This document shows positions 57,988 to 64,000 of a stretch of 64,000 nucleotides of DNA, piece by piece. The translations under genes and the position numbers were made by a program. The number at the start of each line of letters is the position of its first letter. The stretch's first letter is position 1. This stretch comes from Planctomycetota bacterium (GTDB lineage Bacteria; Planctomycetota; GCA-002687715; CAIWVZ01). Under the pieces are notes generated by a model. That model made no database searches. It was not told the origin of the DNA and saw nothing but the letters and a program-made list of their open reading frames with translations. Where the stretch lies: positions 224,001 to 288,000 of the forward strand of contig JBGANV010000004.1 of the NCBI GenBank assembly GCA_044222185.1. Reading direction: 5' to 3'.

Positions 57988-60720
57988 ATGCCACGCGGGC
58001 GCACCGACGCACTCATCGATTGGTGGGCGGACCTCATCACCCGGCGGCCCATGGCGGTCCTCGTGGCCGGTCTGGCCATCGTTGCCGCCAGCCTGTGGGT
58101 CACGGCCGCGCGGCTCACGTTCCAATCGGACCGCAACGACCTCCTCGCCCGGGACATTCCCTGGAATCAGCGGTTCGTCGCCTACCAGGCGGACTTCCCC
58201 GGGGACGACGACCTGCTCGTCGTGGTGAAGGTGCCCTCCGAGAATGACGGTCCCGCGAGGGCTCGCGCGTTCGTCCGCGACCTCGCGGGCGCCCTCGCCG
58301 CGCGACCCGACCGGGTCCGGCTCGTCCAGTGGGGGTACTCGGACGACGATGCGTCGCCGGCGGCCGCGCGGGTGCTTCCCATGCCCGAGTTCGAGTCCAC
58401 GCTGGCTGAACTCGCCGATTCGAAGACGTTGCTCGTCGCCCCGGACGTCTCCCGCTTCATCGGCGGGATCGCCGCGCGCCTGCGGGAGGGCAGTCGCGAG
58501 ACGGATGCTCGCCGCGCCTTGGACGACGTCCGAGGGCTCGATGCCGTCGTCGGGGCCGTCGAGTCGGCGCTCTCGGGCTCGGACCCCGCGGCGGCGCTTC
58601 GCGCTCTCGAGTCGCGCGGAGATCGAGGCTGGCACTTTCTCGAGAGCGACGACGGGCGCCTCCTGTTCATCAAGCTGCGACCCGAACTCGCCGTGTCCGA
58701 GCTGGACGCGATGGCGCCGACGGCCGCGCTCGCCCGCGAGACGATCTCGGCGCTACACGGCGCGCACCCGGGGATCGAGGCAGGCCTCTCCGGCGTCCCC
58801 GTGATCGAGCACGACGAGACGACGATCTCCATGCAGGACTCGACGTGGTGCTCGGTGATCTCCATCGTCGGCATCGTGGCGTTGATGATGCTCGCCCACG
58901 GCGGGTGGCGTCTGACGGCCCTCGCCCTGGTCTCGCTCCTTTGCGGGATCGCATGGAGCTTCGGATTCCTCACCGTCGCCATCGGTCACCTGCAGATCCT
59001 CTCGGTCGCGTTCACGTCGATCCTGCTGGGGCTCGGCATCGACTACGCGATCTACCTCGGCACGCGATACGAGGTGGAGCGCCATGCGCACCCGGCAGGC
59101 GTGGACGGGTTCCGCGCGACGCTCCGCGAAACCCTCCGGACGACCGGCCCGGCCGTCGTGACGGGGGCCGTGACACCGGCGCTTGCGTTCGGCACGACGT
59201 TGTTCACCGACTTCAAGGGCATGGCGGAGATGGGGCTCATCGCGGGCGTCGGGATCCTCCTGTGCCTCATCGCAGCGCTCACGGTGTTCCCGGCGATGCT
59301 GCGGCTGTTCCTGCGCGACCCCGACTCGGTCCGCCTCTCGCACGATCGGGGAGTGAAGGTGTTCGATCCCCGATGGTCCATGCCCTTCGCACGGCGACCG
59401 CGCGCGACGCTCCTCGTCGGCGGGTTGCTCGTCCTCGCGTGCACACCCGCGACCCTGCGGTTGCGCTACGACTACAACCTGATGAACCTGCAGGCCGACG
59501 GCACGCCATCCGTCGAATGGCAGAAGCTGATCTTCGAACACAGCTCGCAGGCGATCTGGAGCGGGGCGTCGATCGCGCCCGATCTGGCGGCGGCGCGCGC
59601 TCGCACCGAGGCCTTCCGAAGGTTGCCCACGGTCGCGAGCGTCGGCGGCGCAGGCCTCCTCTTCCCGCCAGATGAGCGGGAGAAGCTTGCGAAACTCGGC
59701 GAACTCCGCGCGAGGATCGGTAGCGGACTCGAGCGTCCAACCAGCCGTCCGGCCGTTCCGCAGGCTGGCCAGATCTCGCTGGAGCTCCGCGCACTCGCAC
59801 TCGGCATCACGGTGTCCCTCGGTCAGGTCCCCAAGGACGAGGTGGATCTCACGCGCGCCCTCACGGCCTTGAAGGAGCGCCTGCAGCGTACGGCGGACGT
59901 GGTGAGCAAGCTCTCGCCCGCGGACGCTTCCGCGCGCGTCGAGGCGTTGCACGGCGCATACCTCGACTGGCGCGAGACCGTTCGTGCGCGGGTAGCCGGT
60001 GCGCTCGATTCGCGCCCCCTCACCGCCGCTGATCTTCCCGCGGTCGTCCGCAACGACATCGTGGGGAAGGACGGCAAGCTGCTCGTGAAGGTCTTCCCCG
60101 CGGGCGACGTCTGGGAGCCCTCGCGAATGGAGGCGTTCCTGGCGGACACGGGCCCCGTCGATCCGGAGATGACGGGGCCGCCCGTCCAGGTGTACCTGTC
60201 GGCGCTTCTCATCAAGAACAGCTACGCCTGGGCCGGCCTGTACGCGTTCATCGCGGTGCTGATCGCGTTGATCTTCGATTTCCGACGGGTCGGTGACGCG
60301 CTCCTGGCGCTGTTGCCTGTCGGAGTGGCGTTTCTCGTGACGTTTGGAGTGATGCTCGCCGCTGGGACGGACGTGAATCCCGCGAACATCATCATCCTGC
60401 CCCTCCTGTTCGGGATCGGCGTCGAGTCCGGCGTGCACATGCTGCATCGCGACCGACTCCATCCCGACGAGGTCCCGCCCGGCCTGACCGCCGGCACCGG
60501 CAAGGGCGTCGTCATGGCGACGCTCACGACGATCATGGGGTTTGGATCCATGCTGCTCGGGCATCATCGCGGCATCCGGAGCCTCGGGTTCGTGGTTTCC
60601 GTCGGCATGACGGTGATCCTGGTCGTCTGCATCGTCGTGATGCCGGCAGTTCTCGAGCAGCGGCGCCGCGTGCGTCGGAGAGCGTCCGGAGGGGAATCCG
60701 ATCGGAGGGGCGCTTCGTAA
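57988..60720 (+). CDS. hpnN: Hopanoid RND/MMPL transporter
   Basis: Two MMPL halves: GLGIDYAI, TDFKGMAEMG, ANIIILPLLFGIGVESGVH, HRGIRSLG. Confidence 0.9.
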   Translation: MPRGRTDALIDWWADLITRRPMAVLVAGLAIVAASLWVTAARLTFQSDRNDLLARDIPWNQRFVAYQADFPGDDDLLVVVKVPSENDGPARARAFVRDLAGALAARPDRVRLVQWGYSDDDASPAAARVLPMPEFESTLAELADSKTLLVAPDVSRFIGGIAARLREGSRETDARRALDDVRGLDAVVGAVESALSGSDPAAALRALESRGDRGWHFLESDDGRLLFIKLRPELAVSELDAMAPTAALARETISALHGAHPGIEAGLSGVPVIEHDETTISMQDSTWCSVISIVGIVALMMLAHGGWRLTALALVSLLCGIAWSFGFLTVAIGHLQILSVAFTSILLGLGIDYAIYLGTRYEVERHAHPAGVDGFRATLRETLRTTGPAVVTGAVTPALAFGTTLFTDFKGMAEMGLIAGVGILLCLIAALTVFPAMLRLFLRDPDSVRLSHDRGVKVFDPRWSMPFARRPRATLLVGGLLVLACTPATLRLRYDYNLMNLQADGTPSVEWQKLIFEHSSQAIWSGASIAPDLAAARARTEAFRRLPTVASVGGAGLLFPPDEREKLAKLGELRARIGSGLERPTSRPAVPQAGQISLELRALALGITVSLGQVPKDEVDLTRALTALKERLQRTADVVSKLSPADASARVEALHGAYLDWRETVRARVAGALDSRPLTAADLPAVVRNDIVGKDGKLLVKVFPAGDVWEPSRMEAFLADTGPVDPEMTGPPVQVYLSALLIKNSYAWAGLYAFIAVLIALIFDFRRVGDALLALLPVGVAFLVTFGVMLAAGTDVNPANIIILPLLFGIGVESGVHMLHRDRLHPDEVPPGLTAGTGKGVVMATLTTIMGFGSMLLGHHRGIRSLGFVVSVGMTVILVVCIVVMPAVLEQRRRVRRRASGGESDRRGAS

Positions 60721-60804
60721 CGTCCAGAGCCGATCGGCATCCAAGGGCCCTGGCCCCGTCCGCTCTCGTTGTCCTCGTCGGGACGACATGGGAGGTTTGC
60801 GCGC

Positions 60805-61806
60805 GTGCGTCGAATCCACGTCATCGTCATCCTGCTCGGGCTCGGGCTGTTCACGGTCCTGATCGCCCGCATCGGGGTGGATGCTCTGGTTCGCGACGCC
60901 GCGGGCGTGGGGTGGTGGTTCGTGCCGATCATCGTGCTCTCCGGCGTCGAGCATTGGATGCACGCCATGGGCTGGCGGCTCTGCATGGAACCGAGCCAGC
61001 GGCCCGGGAGATTGCACGTCTTCGGGGCGCACCTCGCCGGGAACGCCATCTCCTTCGTCACGCCGACGGCGACGGTCGGGGGTGAAGTCGTTCGCGCGGC
61101 CCTGATGCCGCCTGGATATCCCGCGCAGCAAGTGGTCGCCGTGCTGACGATCGACCGCCTCGCCTGGTCGTTGGCGGATGCCGCGCTCGCCCTCGCGGGC
61201 GTGACGTGCCTCTTGATCCTGGCGCCACTCTCCATGGAGATCCGCTGGGGACTTCTCTCGGGCCTGGTTGCGATCGCGGTCGGAGTCGGCGTGTTCCTGT
61301 GGCTACAGCGTCGCGGAACGCTCGTGAGCGTGCTGACCGGGAACCGGATCGTCCGCAAGCTGTGCGGCCCGGCGTTCGTCGATCGCCTCGCCCGTGGCGG
61401 CGCCGAGATCGACGGGCGCATTCGCGCATTCCACCAGGATCGCAGCGGAACGTTCCAGCTCAGCATCGCGCTGCATTTCGCCGGAACCTGCATGGGTGCG
61501 ACGCAGCTCGCGTGCTTCTTGTGGTCCAAGGGATTGGACGCGGGAATTGGAACGCTCACGCCGTTGTTCCTCGTTGGCGTCGCCGTGGACCTCGTCGCGT
61601 TCTTCGTCCCCGCGAGGATCGGCGTTCAGGAAGGGTCGCGCGAACTCGCGACGTCGCTCATGGGGCTCGGATCGGCGCTGGGACTCGTCTACTCGCTCGT
61701 GCTACGCGTCGAGCAGGTGCTGTGGACGGGCGTCGGTCTCATCGTCTACGGAGTGATGGCACGCCGCCGCCGCGCCAGTCTTCTGGCACGCGAGGCCACT
61801 GGCTAA
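60805..61806 (+). CDS. Lysylphosphatidylglycerol-synthase TM/flippase-like protein (HpnL-like)
   Basis: Polytopic; TPTATVGGEVVR and FFVPARIGVQEG. Confidence 0.75.
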   Translation: MRRIHVIVILLGLGLFTVLIARIGVDALVRDAAGVGWWFVPIIVLSGVEHWMHAMGWRLCMEPSQRPGRLHVFGAHLAGNAISFVTPTATVGGEVVRAALMPPGYPAQQVVAVLTIDRLAWSLADAALALAGVTCLLILAPLSMEIRWGLLSGLVAIAVGVGVFLWLQRRGTLVSVLTGNRIVRKLCGPAFVDRLARGGAEIDGRIRAFHQDRSGTFQLSIALHFAGTCMGATQLACFLWSKGLDAGIGTLTPLFLVGVAVDLVAFFVPARIGVQEGSRELATSLMGLGSALGLVYSLVLRVEQVLWTGVGLIVYGVMARRRRASLLAREATG

Positions 61807-61833
61807 CCTTCGCCGCTTTCACTGGGGCCCCTC

Positions 61834-62643
61834 ATGTCCTTCAAAAGCCGTTTCTTTCACCGGATCCTGGAGACGCCCGAGGCTCGGGAGCTCCTGATGA
61901 ATTCGCTGGCGGTTGGTGAGGCCGATAGCGCGACGGACCTGGATCGCATCGCCGATCACATCCCGGACGAAGTGCTTTCACGGAAGGTCTACCGGCACTT
62001 CGCCGAAGAGAAGAAACACGCCCGGCTCTTCCAGCGGCATCACGAGTCCATGGGGTTCTTCGTTCGCCCGCTCCCGCCGGAACTCGACTACGAGAGACTC
62101 GTGCAGAAGCACGGGATGGGGACGCCGAAGGCCCGAGTCGACGACCCCCGACCGTTCGACGCGCACGACACCATTCTCTTCTTCTGCGGAAGCAAGGCGG
62201 GGGAGGAGCGTGCGTGCAAGGAAATGGCCGGGCTGATCGACGCTCTCGCCGAGGATCCGGCGACCGTGAACCTTCTCCGGGAGATCCACCAGGATGAGAT
62301 ACGCCACGTGTCCTACGCCACGGAGGAGCTGAACAAGCTGGCCGCGGCGGGGTTCCGGTCCGAGGTCATGCTGACGCTGAGGCGCACCCGGCGGGCCGAG
62401 GCTCGGGCTCATCGCACGGTCAGCCTGGCGTTCATGAGTCGCCTGATGAGGATCCTGGGATACCCCGCGATCCTGCGATTCCTCGGTGCGATCGCCATCA
62501 ATCTCGAGTTTCTCGCCCGCTGGGTGTTCCCCGGGACCCTCGACCAACCCATCATCCACAACGCCATGCCCACGCCCGCCGATCATCCGGCTGTCGCCGG
62601 CAGACGACCCGCTCGCATGTCGAAAGCCGGAGGCGCCGCGTGA
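61834..62643 (+). CDS. Ferritin-like (diiron-carboxylate) domain protein
   Basis: E...EEKKH and E...DEIRH ligand pattern typical of four-helix diiron proteins; C-terminal amphipathic/hydrophobic helix. Confidence 0.75.
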   Translation: MSFKSRFFHRILETPEARELLMNSLAVGEADSATDLDRIADHIPDEVLSRKVYRHFAEEKKHARLFQRHHESMGFFVRPLPPELDYERLVQKHGMGTPKARVDDPRPFDAHDTILFFCGSKAGEERACKEMAGLIDALAEDPATVNLLREIHQDEIRHVSYATEELNKLAAAGFRSEVMLTLRRTRRAEARAHRTVSLAFMSRLMRILGYPAILRFLGAIAINLEFLARWVFPGTLDQPIIHNAMPTPADHPAVAGRRPARMSKAGGAA

Positions 62644-64000
62644 AGACACTCTTCCTGAGTCCGCCGTCGTTCGATGGGTTCGATGGCGGCGCCGGCGCGC
62701 GGTACCAGGCGAAGCGGGAGATCCGCTCGTTCTGGTACCCCACCTGGCTGGCTCAGGCGGCCACGCTCGTCCCCGACTCCACGCTCATCGATGCCCCGCC
62801 GGTCGACATGACGATGGAGGAAACGGTCCGCCGCACGAAGGGCCACGATCTCGTCGTCATCCACACGTCGACGCCGTCCGTTCGCTCCGACGCGCGCACG
62901 GCGCAGCACCTGAAAGACCACTACCCTCACCTGAAGATCGGCTTCGTCGGCGCCCACACCATGGTGCTGCCGGAACAAACCCTGCGCGACGCGCCTGCCG
63001 TCGACTTCGTGACGACGGGCGAGTTCGATTTCGCCGTGAAGGAGATCGCCGAAGGCCGTCCCCTCGACCGCGTCGATGGCATCGCCCATCGGCTGGACGA
63101 CGGCACGATCCAGGTGACGGCGCCGCGACCGCCCATCCACAACCTCGACGACTTCGGGTTCGTCGTCGACGTCTACGCGAAGTTCCTCGACATCCCCAAG
63201 TACTACATCGGCTATCTCCAGCATCCGTACGTGTCGCTGTACACGGGACGCGGATGTCGGAGCCGTTGCACGTTCTGCCTCTGGCCGCAGACGATCGCCG
63301 GGCACACCTACCGCGTGCGCAGCGTCGAGCACGTGCTCGCGGAGATGACCCGCGCGAAGCAGCTCTTCCCCAACGTGAAGGAGTTCTTCTTCGACGACGA
63401 CACGTTCACCGACAACCGCCCGCGCGCGGAGGAGATCGCCCGCGGCTTGAACAAGATCGGCATGACGTGGTCCTGTAACGCCAAGGCCGACGTTCCCTAC
63501 GAAACCCTGAAGGTGCTGAAGGAGAACGGGCTGCGCCTGCTGCTGGTGGGATTCGAGACGGGAAGTCAGCAGATCCTGAACAACATCAAGAAGGGCACGC
63601 GGATCGACAAGGCGCGCGAATTCGCGAAGAACTGCCGCGACCTCGGCATCCTGCTCCACGGCACGTTCATCCTGGGATTGCCGGGCGAGACGGCTGAGAC
63701 GATCGAGGACACGATCCGCTTCGCGAAGGAGATCGATCCGTATTCGCTTCAGGTGTCGCTGGCGGCGCCGTACCCCGGCACCGAGCTGTTCGCCCAGGCG
63801 CAGCAGCACGGCTGGCTGCCGCAGGCGACCCACGACCTCGTGCAGAGCGGCGGGATCCAGGAGGCCGTGCTGACCTACCCGGGTCTGCCCGCTGCCAAGA
63901 TCCACGCCGACCTCGAGCGGTTCTATCGCGAGTTCTATCTGCGACCGAAGCCGATCCTGCGGATCATGCGAGACATGCTTCGCGATTGGGAAACGATGAA
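62640..64000 (+). CDS. hpnJ: Hopanoid biosynthesis B12-binding radical SAM protein (3' partial; absent from the ORF track)
   Basis: Read directly from GTG 62640: MKTLFLSPPSFDGFDGGAGARYQAKREIRSFWYPTWLAQ...GRGCRSRCTFCLWPQT...FFFDDDTFT; runs off the window end. Confidence 0.93.
   Translation, partial: MKTLFLSPPSFDGFDGGAGARYQAKREIRSFWYPTWLAQAATLVPDSTLIDAPPVDMTMEETVRRTKGHDLVVIHTSTPSVRSDARTAQHLKDHYPHLKIGFVGAHTMVLPEQTLRDAPAVDFVTTGEFDFAVKEIAEGRPLDRVDGIAHRLDDGTIQVTAPRPPIHNLDDFGFVVDVYAKFLDIPKYYIGYLQHPYVSLYTGRGCRSRCTFCLWPQTIAGHTYRVRSVEHVLAEMTRAKQLFPNVKEFFFDDDTFTDNRPRAEEIARGLNKIGMTWSCNAKADVPYETLKVLKENGLRLLLVGFETGSQQILNNIKKGTRIDKAREFAKNCRDLGILLHGTFILGLPGETAETIEDTIRFAKEIDPYSLQVSLAAPYPGTELFAQAQQHGWLPQATHDLVQSGGIQEAVLTYPGLPAAKIHADLERFYREFYLRPKPILRIMRDMLRDWETM

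Overview
Very GC-rich (about 70%) bacterial DNA, most likely from a Planctomycetota genome (planctomycete cytochrome c/DUF1549-DUF1553 gene next to DUF1501, QW-repeat protein, hopanoid genes). In order: (1) 1-5.8 kb, a quinohemoprotein amine dehydrogenase cluster (partial qhpA, then qhpD, qhpC, qhpB, qhpE and a convergent qhpG). (2) 5.8-11.3 kb, three copies of a GGAG-initiated palindromic REP-like element, small genes, an orphan amino-DNA methyltransferase and a triple-CHRD secreted protein. (3) 11.8-24.1 kb, a headless contractile injection system (CIS) operon: Pvc16-like cap, sheath, one tube, Pro-rich protein, tube initiator/LysM, VgrG, PAAR-like tip, gp25, baseplate J with an inserted beta-propeller, and gpI-like tail protein. 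It ends in a bitopic Ig-TM-5xPASTA protein plus small membrane proteins; no AAA ATPase, tail fibre or T6SS membrane complex is seen. (4) 26-32 kb, an opposite-strand operon with two paralogous polytopic HExxH...NPxE metallopeptidase-like proteins, flanked by two DCC1-like thiol-disulfide proteins and a metacaspase. (5) 32-51 kb, envelope and housekeeping genes plus several secreted proteins that appear to share a C-terminal domain. (6) 51.8-64 kb, a hopanoid cluster (single-enzyme squalene synthase, shc, hpnG, hpnA, hpnN, hpnL-like, a ferritin-like gene, partial hpnJ). The best candidate for an undescribed system is a membrane-tethered, peptidoglycan-sensing CIS with neighbouring membrane zincins and a metacaspase. 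All annotations come from motif recognition only; no database searches were run.
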